From NCBI GenBank assembly GCA_965203175.1, contig OZ241867.1:2496001-2560000 (forward strand): a stretch of DNA of 64,000 nucleotides. Direction: 5' to 3'. The notes below the pieces were generated by a model. It worked only from the letters and a program-made list of their open reading frames with translations, had not been told where the DNA came from and searched no databases. This document shows positions 1 through 9,816 of this stretch, in pieces. The position numbers and the translations under genes were made by a program. This DNA comes from Candidatus Latescibacterota bacterium (GTDB taxonomy: Bacteria > Latescibacterota > UBA2968 > UBA8231). Within the stretch, counting starts at the first letter, position 1, and the number at the start of each line of letters is the position of its first letter.

Positions 1-72
1 ACGCCGAAAAGGTGGTGCGCGGCCTCCTAGACCACGCAAGGCGCGCCTCGCTCCGCGCTAGCCACTAAACGC

Positions 73-110
73 AAAAAAAGCTCCGGGAGCGTTCGTCCCG
101 GAGCTTTTTT
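73..110. terminator. Bidirectional intrinsic terminator
   Basis: AAAAAAAGCTCCGGGA-GCGTTCG-TCCCGGAGCTTTTTT: GC stem flanked by A and T tracts, just downstream of the 132..383 ORF. Confidence 0.85.
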
Positions 111-131
111 ACCTGGGTTGTGCTGTATGTG

Positions 132-383
132 CTAAAAAGGTCGTTCCGCAATCAGCCGTTTAGCGGCCTTGCGGACGACTTCGGGTTCGAGGCCGGCCAA
201 CTCGCACCAAGGATCGATCCTAGAGCTTTCGACAAAGGCCATCTCCGGGGTACCATCGGGCGTTTCCACGACCTCATCCATCTTGGATATTTCGCGTAAA
301 GTACTGAGAATCATAGCGTTAGCAAGGCGTCGATAAGCCATCGCAATGCGTTCCACTTGGGCGATATCCTGATCTGTTCTCAT
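132..383 (-). CDS. Small hypothetical protein (83 aa)
   Basis: Only ORF here; AGGAAG upstream of the ATG; followed by a terminator; no family recognised. Confidence 0.65.
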   Translation of the reverse strand: MRTDQDIAQVERIAMAYRRLANAMILSTLREISKMDEVVETPDGTPEMAFVESSRIDPWCELAGLEPEVVRKAAKRLIAERPF

Positions 384-624
384 AGCACTTCCTGCGGGGT
401 TAAAGGGTATATGAAATGCGGTAAATAATGGGTTTAGGGTACTTCACTTCGCCTAAAAGGGTTTCCCTTCCTTTCTATAGACAAAAGAGTAGTGTTTGCC
501 GTCTTAGCTATCTATATGGTAAGAAATTTTCGCGCAAAATTTTCAAAAAAATAACATGTGCGAAAAAAAAATAATCGCCGCACCTATGGGCGCAGCAGCT
601 ATACTCTCTGTAACTCTTTTTTTT

Positions 625-1644
625 CTATATGGTTAGAGGTTCTTCTTGTCGCACGGCGCGCCCCTCGGCAGCAGCCCGGTAGAGTCGGTAAATCCACTCG
701 ATAGTCTCCAAAGCCTCCCGTCCAAGCGAATAAGGGGTGCCCGCGCCGGCTAGGCCGCGCAAAAAATCGGCCCACTCCAGCTCCCACGAGCGATCCTCGC
801 CTGGGTAGTCAAAGCACTCGCTGTCCGGCGCGCGACCTTGGGGATTGCGCCGCCCCACGACGGCGCGTTCCGGCCCGTAGGTTCCCCCCAAGCCCTCGGC
901 GGAGACATAGCCATCGCGTCCGAAAACCTCGAAGCTGAAGAGGTTTTTCCACTGCGTCCAACTCGCGTGTAGCGAGGCGATCTGCCCAGTGGCCGTGCGA
1001 AAGAGTCCGTAGGCGTTGTCCTCCACGGGTGAATCCCAGAAATGGGTCTCGGCATAGCCTGCGACTTCGGCAAAGTCCCCCAAGAGCCACTTGGCCAAGT
1101 CGATTAGATGCGCTCCTTGATCTAAAAGCTCGCCGCCGCCCGCCTTCGCGGGGTTTGTCCGCCACTCGCGGTCGTAACCGGGCCGCCCGCCGTGGCCATA
1201 GCGCGCCCGGATGCTCAGCAGCGGACCGATCTCGCCCGCCGTGCAGACCTCGTGCAGCTTTTGGATGGCGGGGTGATAGCGGTGATTGTAGCCGACCTTG
1301 AGCACGCGCCCGCTCTGCTCAGCCGCGGCGACGGCCTGTCGGGCTTCTTGGGGATTGCGTCCCAGCGGCTTTTCGCACAAGACGTGTTTGCCGGCCAAGA
1401 GGGCGGCGGTGCTGATGGGGGCCAATGCGTCGTGCGTCGTCGCGACCACCGCGATGTCGAGATCGGCCGCGATTAGCTCCTCCCGCGAAGCCGCCACTGC
1501 GGCCCCGCATTCGGCGGCCAATTCGGCCGCGGCGGCCGCGTGCTCGTCGTAGATCAGGGTTACTGCGGACGCGGGATGGGCGTGGGCCGTGGCCGCCCGC
1601 CGCTGCCCCATGCGCCCCGCTCCGACGATCCCCACTTTGTACAC
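625..1644 (-). CDS. Gfo/Idh/MocA family NAD(P)-dependent oxidoreductase
   Basis: GIVGAGRMG Rossmann motif, HVLCEKP, GGGELLDQGAHLID; GTG start abuts the upstream SDR stop. Confidence 0.93.
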   Translation of the reverse strand: MYKVGIVGAGRMGQRRAATAHAHPASAVTLIYDEHAAAAAELAAECGAAVAASREELIAADLDIAVVATTHDALAPISTAALLAGKHVLCEKPLGRNPQEARQAVAAAEQSGRVLKVGYNHRYHPAIQKLHEVCTAGEIGPLLSIRARYGHGGRPGYDREWRTNPAKAGGGELLDQGAHLIDLAKWLLGDFAEVAGYAETHFWDSPVEDNAYGLFRTATGQIASLHASWTQWKNLFSFEVFGRDGYVSAEGLGGTYGPERAVVGRRNPQGRAPDSECFDYPGEDRSWELEWADFLRGLAGAGTPYSLGREALETIEWIYRLYRAAAEGRAVRQEEPLTI

Positions 1645-2475
1645 TCAGTCCTCCTGCTGTTGGACGCGCCGCACGGCAAAGGCCTCCGTGGCCATAATCG
1701 CCTCGACATCGAAGGTTTCCCACGGATCCCAAACCGCTGACAGCAGCCGCCCCGTCAGCCCGTCTGAGCGCGCCGAAGCCAGATAGACTGCCAGCGCGGC
1801 CGGCCGCTCGCCTGTAGCGTCGCCCTCGCGCAGTAGGCGCTGATCCTGCTCCCGTTCCTGGGGACTCACGGCCGCGCCGGCCGCTAGCCGTTGGTCGAGC
1901 ATCCGCGTGTTGACCGCTCCGGGGGCAATGGTGTTGACGTCAATGCCGTGCCCAGCCACTTCTCCAGCCAAGTTCTCGCTAAAGCGCACGACTGCGGCCT
2001 TGGAGGCGCTATACGCGCTAAAGAAGGGCCGCGGCCCCACCGCGCCGCCGCCCGAGAGGTTGATGATCTTGCCGTGGTGCTGGGCGATCATGGCCGGCAA
2101 GACCTTGCGGGTGCAGTAGAAACAGCCGCCGAGGTTGATCTGTACCACCTGTATCCAAGCGTCTGGGTCGACCTCTTCCACCCGCCCTATAGGCCCCTGA
2201 ATTCCCGCGTTGTTGACCAGCACATCAACCCCACCCCAAGCTGCGAGCACGCGCTCAATGGCCGCATCTGCTTCCTCGCGCCGCCCCACATCCGCCTGTA
2301 GTTTTAACGCTGCTTGGCCTTGGTCTGCCAAAAGCGCGGCTGTCTCGTCTAGCTCTGATCCGGTGCGGGCCAAGATCGCCACGCGTGCCCCTTCCCGCGC
2401 CAAGGCCAAAGCAATGGCCCGGCCAATGCCGCGCCCTCCACCCGTCACTAGGCAACGCCTGCCTATTAGCTCCAT
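1645..2475 (-). CDS. SDR family oxidoreductase
   Basis: TGGGRGIG, NNAG, YSASK; start moved to MELIGRR (2475), which has GGAGGAG upstream. Confidence 0.93.
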   Translation of the reverse strand: MELIGRRCLVTGGGRGIGRAIALALAREGARVAILARTGSELDETAALLADQGQAALKLQADVGRREEADAAIERVLAAWGGVDVLVNNAGIQGPIGRVEEVDPDAWIQVVQINLGGCFYCTRKVLPAMIAQHHGKIINLSGGGAVGPRPFFSAYSASKAAVVRFSENLAGEVAGHGIDVNTIAPGAVNTRMLDQRLAAGAAVSPQEREQDQRLLREGDATGERPAALAVYLASARSDGLTGRLLSAVWDPWETFDVEAIMATEAFAVRRVQQQED

Positions 2476-2606
2476 ATCGCGCTCCTCCGTCGCTTGAGCA
2501 AATATGGGGTGTTGGCTTGTTCTTGCCAAAGGCCAACAGGCCCGTCGTTGACCTAGCGTACCATTCACCCTAAATTAGTGTGCATACATCTTAGCGAGCC
2601 TATTCG

Positions 2607-4055
2607 ATGTCCCTGCCCAGTACTGCATCCGACCTCAAAGCGCTCTGCCTCCACATCAATGCCCATTGTCCCGCCGGTGGCCTTTTTGAAGGCGACCGCA
2701 CGCATCTCCACCCGGACAGCAATCTGCCGTGGCGCATTGCCCCAGAGCCGTTCTGGCTCTCGCCGGCGCAATATCGCTACCTAGACCAACTCGGCGGCGT
2801 CCTACATCAGTTTTACAAGGCCTCCAACCAGCTCTACCACCAGAGCGTCAAAGGCGTTGAGCCGCCTTGGATTCACGAGTACTTGGACTTGGGCAAACCC
2901 AGTGCCGTGCGCGAAATGGGCCTCTGGAATCGCATCAAGTCCCAATTGCCCTTGGTCATCCGCCCAGACCTGCTGCTGACTGAGGACGGCTTCAAGTTAG
3001 TCGAGCTGGACGCCATCCCCGGCGGCATGGGCTTCACCGCCCAAGTCTCGGAGGTCTATGCCGACCTCGGCTACGACATCATCGGCGGTGCCCGCGGCCT
3101 GATTGACCCATTCTACGAAGCCATTGCCGCTGCCGCCAAGGTGGATGAGCCGCATTTTGCCCTCTTCGTTTCGGATGAGTCCGAGGCCTATCGCCGCGAA
3201 ATGGAATGGCTGGTCGAGCGCTTGCAGGCGGCCGGCAAACCGGCCCGCAGTGCCCACCCGCGCGAGGCCCGCTTTGACGAAAATGGCCTCTTCCTCCAAG
3301 GCGCGGACGATCCGGCCCCTTGGCGCATTGACGCGGCCTATCGCTTCTTCGAACTGTTCGACCTCAAAAACATTCCCAAGGCCGAGCTGTTTACCTATTT
3401 CACCAAGAAAAATGCCCTGTGCTTAACCCCGCCGCCGAAGGCATATCTCGAAGAAAAGCTCTGGTTGGCGTTCTACCACCATCCCGCGCTCAAATCCTAT
3501 TGGCGCCGCGCCTTGGGCAAGGAGCCTTTTGCCGCCTTGGACAGCTTGATCCCGCGCTCGTGGATTGTCGATGCGCGGCCGCTGCCGCCTCACGCCATTA
3601 TTCCCGGCCTCGACATAGGCGGCCAGCCCGTCAGCGACTGGCAGCAGTTGAAGCAGCTAACTAAGAAGCAGCGCGAACTGGTGCTCAAGCCCTCGGGTTT
3701 TTCCAACATAGCGTATGAGAGCAAGGGCGTGTCCATTGGCCACGATTTGTCCGAAGCTGAGTGGGCCGAGCGCGTGCAAGAGGCCCTCGATCGTTTTGAT
3801 CACCAGCCCTATATCTTGCAGGAATTCCACAAGGCCGCCCGCCGCACCGTGCGCTACTACGACTTTGAGCGCGACGAGGTTGTGCCCATGCGGGGCCGGG
3901 TGATGCTGCGTCCCTATTACTACGTCATCGGCGATGCGCCGCGCCTGTGCGGCATCCAAGCGCTAGTGTTTCCGGCCGACAAGAAGATCCTGCACGGCAT
4001 GGTTGACGCTGCGATTATGCCCTGTGCTGCGTCCGCGGAAAAATCCCTTTTCTGA
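2607..4055 (+). CDS. Glutathionylspermidine-synthase-like / circularly permuted ATP-grasp ligase
   Basis: IRPDLLL...ELDAIPGGMG, LVLKPSG...ESKGV, YILQEF motifs typical of GSP-synthase-like ATP-grasp enzymes. Confidence 0.65.
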   Translation: MSLPSTASDLKALCLHINAHCPAGGLFEGDRTHLHPDSNLPWRIAPEPFWLSPAQYRYLDQLGGVLHQFYKASNQLYHQSVKGVEPPWIHEYLDLGKPSAVREMGLWNRIKSQLPLVIRPDLLLTEDGFKLVELDAIPGGMGFTAQVSEVYADLGYDIIGGARGLIDPFYEAIAAAAKVDEPHFALFVSDESEAYRREMEWLVERLQAAGKPARSAHPREARFDENGLFLQGADDPAPWRIDAAYRFFELFDLKNIPKAELFTYFTKKNALCLTPPPKAYLEEKLWLAFYHHPALKSYWRRALGKEPFAALDSLIPRSWIVDARPLPPHAIIPGLDIGGQPVSDWQQLKQLTKKQRELVLKPSGFSNIAYESKGVSIGHDLSEAEWAERVQEALDRFDHQPYILQEFHKAARRTVRYYDFERDEVVPMRGRVMLRPYYYVIGDAPRLCGIQALVFPADKKILHGMVDAAIMPCAASAEKSLF

Positions 4056-4060
4056 CCGCC

Positions 4061-5110
4061 ATGATTTCCCTAGACGAAAAACTAGCGCATCTCGAAGACA
4101 TTCTGCGTCCCATGAGGCAGGTGCTGGTCGGCTATTCGGGCGGGGTCGATAGCGCCACGCTGGCGGTGGCGGCCCAGCGGGTGTTGGGCGAGGGGGCCAT
4201 CTGCGTCACTGCGGACTCTGAGAGCTATGCTACCGGCGAGCTAGAGAAGGCCACTGAGATCACCCGCGAGTTCGGCATCCGCCACGAGGTGGTCAAGACC
4301 CGCGAGTTGGACAACCCCGACTACGCCAAAAATGCGCCCAATCGCTGCTACTACTGCAAGCAAGAGCTCTTCACCCACATGGAGCAGCTAGCGCGTACCC
4401 TCAATATCGGTTACATCCTCTACGGCCAAAACGCCGACGATATCGGCGATTTCCGCCCTGGGGCTGCGGCTGCCCGCGAGCGCGGCGTACACGCGCCCTT
4501 AGCCGAAGCGGGCCTGACCAAGGCGGACGTGCGCGCCCTAGCCAAGCGCTGGGGGCTGACGGTGTGGGACCGCCCGGCCATGGCTTGCCTCTCGTCGCGC
4601 TTCCCCTATGGCACGCCCGTTACCGCCGAGGGCCTGCGCCAAATCGACCGCGCCGAGCGCTATCTGCGCGAGGTCTGCGGCTTCGATCAGGTCCGCGCCC
4701 GCCACCACGAGACGCTGTCGCGCATTGAGTTGCCCGCTGAGGACTTGACGCGCCTGCTCGGCGACTCGGGTGCGCGCCGGTCTTTGCTGGAGCACTTGCG
4801 GGGAATTGGCTATCTGCAAACTACCGTCGATCTGTGCGGCTTCCGCTCCGGCAGCATGAACGAGGCGCTGCTCTCCATCGCCGACTCCGGTGCCGACGAG
4901 CCGCTCTTTGCGCGGGTCAACCCGCTGCTCGCAGCCCATTCGCTGCTGCCGGCCGCGTACGAGCAGCGCGACCAGATGCTCGTCCTGCGCTTGCCCACAG
5001 CAGCCATTGATCGCCTTGCTGAGGCCCCGTTGCGCTCAGCCCTAGTGGCCGCGTTCGCCGATTTGGGCTTGCGCTATATTGCCCTCGAATTAGACCCCTT
5101 GGATACATGA
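4061..5110 (+). CDS. larE: LarE-like PP-loop ATP-dependent sulfur transferase with C-terminal extension
   Basis: GYSGGVDS PP-loop, NRCYYCK, DFRPG, ACLSSRFPYG, GFRSGSMN. Confidence 0.85.
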   Translation: MISLDEKLAHLEDILRPMRQVLVGYSGGVDSATLAVAAQRVLGEGAICVTADSESYATGELEKATEITREFGIRHEVVKTRELDNPDYAKNAPNRCYYCKQELFTHMEQLARTLNIGYILYGQNADDIGDFRPGAAAARERGVHAPLAEAGLTKADVRALAKRWGLTVWDRPAMACLSSRFPYGTPVTAEGLRQIDRAERYLREVCGFDQVRARHHETLSRIELPAEDLTRLLGDSGARRSLLEHLRGIGYLQTTVDLCGFRSGSMNEALLSIADSGADEPLFARVNPLLAAHSLLPAAYEQRDQMLVLRLPTAAIDRLAEAPLRSALVAAFADLGLRYIALELDPLDT

Positions 5111-5640
5111 AACGCGAAATCGCGCTGTTCGGGGCGCAGTGCCTCCGCCAGAGGTGTGCTCGGGTCGCAGAGGTGGATGACGCCATTCGCGCCCTCGTCG
5201 CCGACCTCTTCGACTCCATGCGCGCAGCGGAGGGGGTTGGGCTTGCCGCCCCGCAGATTGGCGTCCTCAAGCGGGTCTGCGTCGTCGATGTGACCGTCCA
5301 TCAGCCGGACTGCCAACCCGTGGCCTTGATCAACCCCAAGGTCACAGGCCACGAGGGCGAGCAAATCGGCGAGGAGGGTTGTCTGAGCTTTCCCGACCTG
5401 TACGGCGATGTCAAGCGCTACGCTTGGGTCGAAGTCGAGGCCATTGGCTTGGATGGCCAGCCTTTCAAAACCTCGGGCGAAGGCTTTTACGCCCGCGCCC
5501 TCCAGCACGAAATCGACCACCTCGACGGCAAGCTCTTCATCGACCACCTCAGCCCTCTCAAGCGCCAGCTCATGCGCGGCGCGCTCAAGCGGTTGAGAAA
5601 AGAGAGTCAGGCCAAAGCCTCGGCCATTGACATTACTTAG
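5107..5640 (+). CDS. def: Peptide deformylase
   Basis: GVGLAAPQIG, EGCLS, QHEIDHLDG; ATGA overlap with larE. Confidence 0.97.
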   Translation: MKREIALFGAQCLRQRCARVAEVDDAIRALVADLFDSMRAAEGVGLAAPQIGVLKRVCVVDVTVHQPDCQPVALINPKVTGHEGEQIGEEGCLSFPDLYGDVKRYAWVEVEAIGLDGQPFKTSGEGFYARALQHEIDHLDGKLFIDHLSPLKRQLMRGALKRLRKESQAKASAIDIT

Positions 5641-5669
5641 TCTGGCTCTTACCTTTCACTTCAAGAAAT

Positions 5670-5746
5670 GGGGGCGTAGTTCAGTTGGTTAGAACGTCGG
5701 CCTGTCACGCCGAAGGTCGCGAGTTCGAGTCTCGTCGTCCCCGCCA
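5670..5746 (+). tRNA. tRNA-Asp (GTC)
   Basis: Acceptor GGGGGCG/CGTCCCC, D-arm TAGTTCAGTTGGTTAGAAC, anticodon loop CT-GTC-AC, T-loop GTTCGAGT, discriminator G and encoded CCA. Confidence 0.97.
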
Positions 5747-5837
5747 TTTTGTTAAGCTCCTTTAGCGCGCTTTGCGCGATTGAGGAGCTTTTCTTTTGCT
5801 AATTCCTACTCTCTTTTACATGCGAGAAAGGTACAAA

Positions 5838-6749
5838 ATGCAAGATCGCATCCGCGAAATTCTAAGTTGGTATGGCAGCGACAACCCCGGCACCTTGACC
5901 AACTTGGCGCGTCTGCTCAACCACGGTGCGCTCGGCGGCACGGGCAAGCTGGTTATCCTGCCCGTAGATCAGGGCGTTGAGCACGGCCCTGGGCGCAGCT
6001 TTGCTCCCAATCCGCCCGCGTACGATCCGCGCTATCACTTTGAGTTGGCCATTGACGCTGGCCTCAATGCATACGCCGCCCCGCTCGGGTTCCTCGAAGC
6101 GGGTGCGCGCGACTACGCCGGCGATCTGCCGCTGATCCTCAAGCTCAACAACCGCGAAAACCTCCACTCCGACGCAGACCCCACCCAGTCGCTCACTGGC
6201 TCCATTTCCGCCGCTCTGCGCCTAGGTTGCGTTGGCATCGGCTACACGGTCTATCCGGGTTCGGCGCTACGGCAGGAGATGTACGAGAAGCTGCAAGCCT
6301 TGGCCGAAGAGGCCAAGCGGTACGGTTTGGTCGTGGTGGTCTGGTCTTATCCGCGCGGCACGGACTTGAGCAAGGATGGAGAGACCGCGCTCGACGTCAC
6401 GGCGTACGCCGCCCAAATCGCCGCCCAGCTAGGGGCCCATGTCATCAAGGTCAAACCGCCTACGGCCCACATTGAGCAAGACGAGGCTCGCAAGGCGTAT
6501 GCGGATGTGCCGGCTGGCACTTTGGCCGAGTGTGTGAGCCACGTGGTGCAATCGGCGTTCAATGGGCGGCGCGTGGTGATCTTTTCTGGCGGCCCGGCCA
6601 AGGGCGAAGAGGAAATTATCGCGGAGATCACCGGCATCCGCGATGGCGGCGGTTTTGGCTCTATCATCGGCCGCAATGCCTTCCAGCGCGAGCGCGGGCA
6701 GGCTCTGGATCTGTTGCAGCGGATTGTGAGGATCTACGCGGACAAGTAA
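5838..6749 (+). CDS. fbaB: Class I fructose-bisphosphate aldolase (FbaB/DhnA type)
   Basis: GKLVILPVDQGVEHGP, WSYPRG, AHVIKVK, FSGG, GSIIGRNAFQR; start at MQDRIRE with AGAAAGG upstream. Confidence 0.92.
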   Translation: MQDRIREILSWYGSDNPGTLTNLARLLNHGALGGTGKLVILPVDQGVEHGPGRSFAPNPPAYDPRYHFELAIDAGLNAYAAPLGFLEAGARDYAGDLPLILKLNNRENLHSDADPTQSLTGSISAALRLGCVGIGYTVYPGSALRQEMYEKLQALAEEAKRYGLVVVVWSYPRGTDLSKDGETALDVTAYAAQIAAQLGAHVIKVKPPTAHIEQDEARKAYADVPAGTLAECVSHVVQSAFNGRRVVIFSGGPAKGEEEIIAEITGIRDGGGFGSIIGRNAFQRERGQALDLLQRIVRIYADK

Positions 6750-6764
6750 TAGCGAGACTCTTAA

Positions 6765-7577
6765 ATGCACATCACCGACGCCCAGCTCGCTACGTACAAA
6801 GAACAGGGCTTCCTGATCGTCGAGAACTTCCTTACCAAAGACGAACAGCAAGCTGCGCTCGATGGCTTCTTCACCCATTTTGCCCCGCCCTACGACCAAT
6901 ACCTAGCCAACGACCGCCGCAACGACACCCCCCAGCAAAGAGTCTTCCCTTGGGACCACTCCGGCCTCAATCACGTCACCGTTCATCCCGATCTGATTGA
7001 CGGGGCCGAGCTGGTCTTAGGTACGCGCGAGATTCGGCTCTGCGAGGGCCATCTAGGCATGAAATACGCCGGCGAGGAATACGGGACCAATTTTCACATT
7101 GACTACGGCAACAACACGCTGGGACCTATCATCGAGCCCGACGACTTTATGAACTTGGTTTGTTTCTACTGCTTCGACGACGTCGAGGAAGGGATGGCAC
7201 CGATCCGCATGGTGCCCAAGGGCCGCTCTGACGCGGAAGCCGTGCCGATGATCGTCCCCGGCGGCTCGGTGTGCCTCTACAGCGTCTTCACCCGCCACGC
7301 TGCCTCCGATTTCACCGCGCCAGCGGGGCACCGCCCGGTCATGTGGGTGGGTTTCACCCGCAAGGACCGCCCTTGGGACGGCGGTCGCACCTTCACGTAT
7401 AAAAGCGGTGCCCAGGGTGCCGCCATGAATCGCTTCATGGCTGAATCCACCCCGCGCCAGCGCGAACTACTGGGCTTCCCGCCGCCGGGAGACCCGCTGT
7501 GGACGGAAGAATTTATCGCGGGGATGGCGACGCGGTATCCGGGATTCGACGCGGAACCGTATTACGCAGCCAAGTAA
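6765..7577 (+). CDS. Phytanoyl-CoA dioxygenase (PhyH) family Fe(II)/2OG oxygenase
   Basis: YKEQGFLIVENFL N-terminus, HID (HxD) and distal RH metal ligands. Confidence 0.82.
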   Translation: MHITDAQLATYKEQGFLIVENFLTKDEQQAALDGFFTHFAPPYDQYLANDRRNDTPQQRVFPWDHSGLNHVTVHPDLIDGAELVLGTREIRLCEGHLGMKYAGEEYGTNFHIDYGNNTLGPIIEPDDFMNLVCFYCFDDVEEGMAPIRMVPKGRSDAEAVPMIVPGGSVCLYSVFTRHAASDFTAPAGHRPVMWVGFTRKDRPWDGGRTFTYKSGAQGAAMNRFMAESTPRQRELLGFPPPGDPLWTEEFIAGMATRYPGFDAEPYYAAK

Positions 7578-7583
7578 AGAATA

Positions 7584-8597
7584 CTACACGCCCTGCAGTT
7601 CCAACTCGTCTTTGTGGTGGCAGGCGGCCAGATGCGACTCGCCCTCTAGCGCGGGCATCTGCTGGCTGCATAGGTCGCTTTTGTAGCGGCAGCGCGGCGC
7701 GAACGCGCAGCCTTGGTCGTCGGCCGGCGTTGGTTCGCCAGACTCGCTGGCGTCTTCGTCTTCTTCCATCCACGAGGCGTGGGGGTCGGGTGCGGGCGCG
7801 GCCTCTAGCAACATGGCCGTATAGGGGTGCTGCGGTTGGGTGAAGAGGATTTCGGTTGCGGCCTGTTCCACGATTCGGCCTTGGTACATGACGGCCACTT
7901 CATCGCAGAGATAGCGCACCACGCTCAGGTCGTGGGCGATAAAGAGCAAGGTGAGGTCGAGGTCGGTCTGCAATTGGCGGAGCAAGTTGAGGATCTGCGC
8001 TTGCACGCTGACGTCGAGTGCGGAGACTGGCTCGTCGGCGACGATGAGCGACGGGCTCAAGGCCAAGGCGCGGGCAATACCGATGCGCTGGCGCTGGCCG
8101 CCGGAGAAGGCGTGCGGATAGCGGCGCGCATATCTGGGGTCGAGTCCCACTCGCTCCATTAGCTCGCCCACGCGCGCGTGGCTGTCGCGCGCCGACCAGC
8201 CGTAAGACCGGAGCGGCTCGGCGATTAGATCGCGCACTGGCATGCGCGGATTTAGGGATGAGTACGGGTCTTGGAAGATCATCTGCATCTGCCGGCGAGC
8301 TTGGACGACTTCGCGGCGGCCGAGTTGGGCCATATCGACGACCTGCCCGTCCTGTTGGCGAAAGAGGATTTCCCCAGCGGTCGGGTCTAGGGCGCGGAGA
8401 ATCATTCGCCCGGTGGTGGTCTTGCCGCAACCGCTCTCGCCGACCAGCCCCAAAATTTTGCCTTGGGCAAGCGAGAAGCTCACGCCGTCTACGGCCTTCA
8501 CCCAACCCGTCTGTCGCTGTAAAAGCCCCCGGTGCACGGGAAAGTGCTTTTTTAACCCTCGTACTTGCAGGAGGGCGTCTGTGGCCCCATTGGACAT
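7584..8597 (-). CDS. Oligopeptide/dipeptide ABC transporter ATP-binding protein (OppF/DppF type)
   Basis: GESGCGKT, FSGGQRQR, DEPVSALD, HPYT and Cys-rich C-terminus; start moved to MSNGAT. Confidence 0.94.
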   Translation of the reverse strand: MSNGATDALLQVRGLKKHFPVHRGLLQRQTGWVKAVDGVSFSLAQGKILGLVGESGCGKTTTGRMILRALDPTAGEILFRQQDGQVVDMAQLGRREVVQARRQMQMIFQDPYSSLNPRMPVRDLIAEPLRSYGWSARDSHARVGELMERVGLDPRYARRYPHAFSGGQRQRIGIARALALSPSLIVADEPVSALDVSVQAQILNLLRQLQTDLDLTLLFIAHDLSVVRYLCDEVAVMYQGRIVEQAATEILFTQPQHPYTAMLLEAAPAPDPHASWMEEDEDASESGEPTPADDQGCAFAPRCRYKSDLCSQQMPALEGESHLAACHHKDELELQGV

Positions 8598-8601
8598 CGG
8601 G

Positions 8602-9609
8602 CTAATCCCCTCCTTCTTCGGTGTGGATGAAACAACGGGTGTGGTGATGTGGTCCCACTTCTGCCGACGCGGGCATTTGCTGCTCGCAAATGGAGCCGAC
8701 CTTTTGCGTGCAGCGGGTGTGGAAGGGGCATCCCTCGGGCAGGGCGTACGCGCTGGGGACGCTGCCTTCAATTGGCTCGATGTGCCGGCGTTTGCCCGTC
8801 AGGCTGGGGATGGATTGCAGCAGGGCTGCGGTATAGGGATGCGCCGGGCTGTCGAAAATTGCGGCTACCGGCCCCTCTTCGACGATCCGCCCCATGTACA
8901 TCACATAGACGTATTCGACTGTGTGCGCGATCACGCCTAGATCGTGGGTAATCAGCATGAGCGCCAGTCCTAGCTCGCGCTGGAGCCGCTGGATTAGCTT
9001 GAGCACCCGCGCCTGCACGGTTACGTCGAGCGCTGTGGTTGGCTCGTCGGCGATTAAGAGCCGCGGATTGCTCGCCAGGGCCATGGCAATCATCGCCCGC
9101 TGGCGCATCCCCCCCGAAAGCTGGAAGGGATAGTCGTCGGCGCGGTCCTGCGGATCGGGGATGCCGACTAGGTGCAACAGTTCGACGACTCGCTGCCGCG
9201 TTGCTTCTGAGGATAGCGAGTCGTGGAGTTGGATCATTTCGGCGATTTGGTTGCCAATGGTGTGCACCGGCGAGAACGCGGTCATTGGCTCTTGGAAGAT
9301 CATGGAGATGTCGCCGCCTCGGATCTGGTGCATCTCGTCGCTGTGCGCGTCGAGTGCGGCGAGGTCGATTTCGCGTTCGTCCAGCTTGCGGCGGTAGCGG
9401 ATGTGGCCGCTGGTAATCTCGGCTGCTGGCGGCAAAATCTGCAGCAGGGCGTTGGAAGTCATGGTTTTGCCGCAACCGCTCTCGCCGACGATGCCCACAG
9501 CTTGGCCGGTGTTGATGCGGAAGCTGACGCCGTTGAGCGGCCGCACCACACCCTCGTCGCGGGTGATGCGCACGCTTAGGTCGTGGACGTCAAGGAGGGG
9601 AGAGGTCAT
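8602..9609 (-). CDS. Oligopeptide/dipeptide ABC transporter ATP-binding protein (OppD/DppD type)
   Basis: GESGCGKT, LSGGMRQR, DEPTTALD, HPYT, GCPFHTRC. Confidence 0.95.
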   Translation of the reverse strand: MTSPLLDVHDLSVRITRDEGVVRPLNGVSFRINTGQAVGIVGESGCGKTMTSNALLQILPPAAEITSGHIRYRRKLDEREIDLAALDAHSDEMHQIRGGDISMIFQEPMTAFSPVHTIGNQIAEMIQLHDSLSSEATRQRVVELLHLVGIPDPQDRADDYPFQLSGGMRQRAMIAMALASNPRLLIADEPTTALDVTVQARVLKLIQRLQRELGLALMLITHDLGVIAHTVEYVYVMYMGRIVEEGPVAAIFDSPAHPYTAALLQSIPSLTGKRRHIEPIEGSVPSAYALPEGCPFHTRCTQKVGSICEQQMPASAEVGPHHHTRCFIHTEEGGD

Positions 9610-9615
9610 AAGTGG

Positions 9616-9816
9616 CTAAGCGGTCTCGAATTCCAAAGCGGAGAGATTCAGATTGGACGAGCGCTTCGACAGATAGAGCATTTCCACGCCCACCACTTCG
9701 TTCGATTCGTTGTAATCGAGGACCACTCCCGGCGAGACCTCTTCGGACTCGACGATGGTAGAATCATCGAGGCGCAGATAGAGTGCGTCGGCTTTTTTGT
9801 CGACATGCAGTTTCAT
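9616..9816 (-). CDS. DUF2283 family small protein (putative antitoxin)
   Basis: MKLHVDKKADALYLRL...ESEEVSPGVVLDY...VVGVEML pattern; GAGG upstream. Confidence 0.85.
   Translation of the reverse strand: MKLHVDKKADALYLRLDDSTIVESEEVSPGVVLDYNESNEVVGVEMLYLSKRSSNLNLSALEFETA

Noticed and set aside
5670-5746. tRNA-Asp as an integration site for an island
   Set aside because: No integrase nearby, no duplicated tRNA 3' end noticed, and the flanking genes are housekeeping
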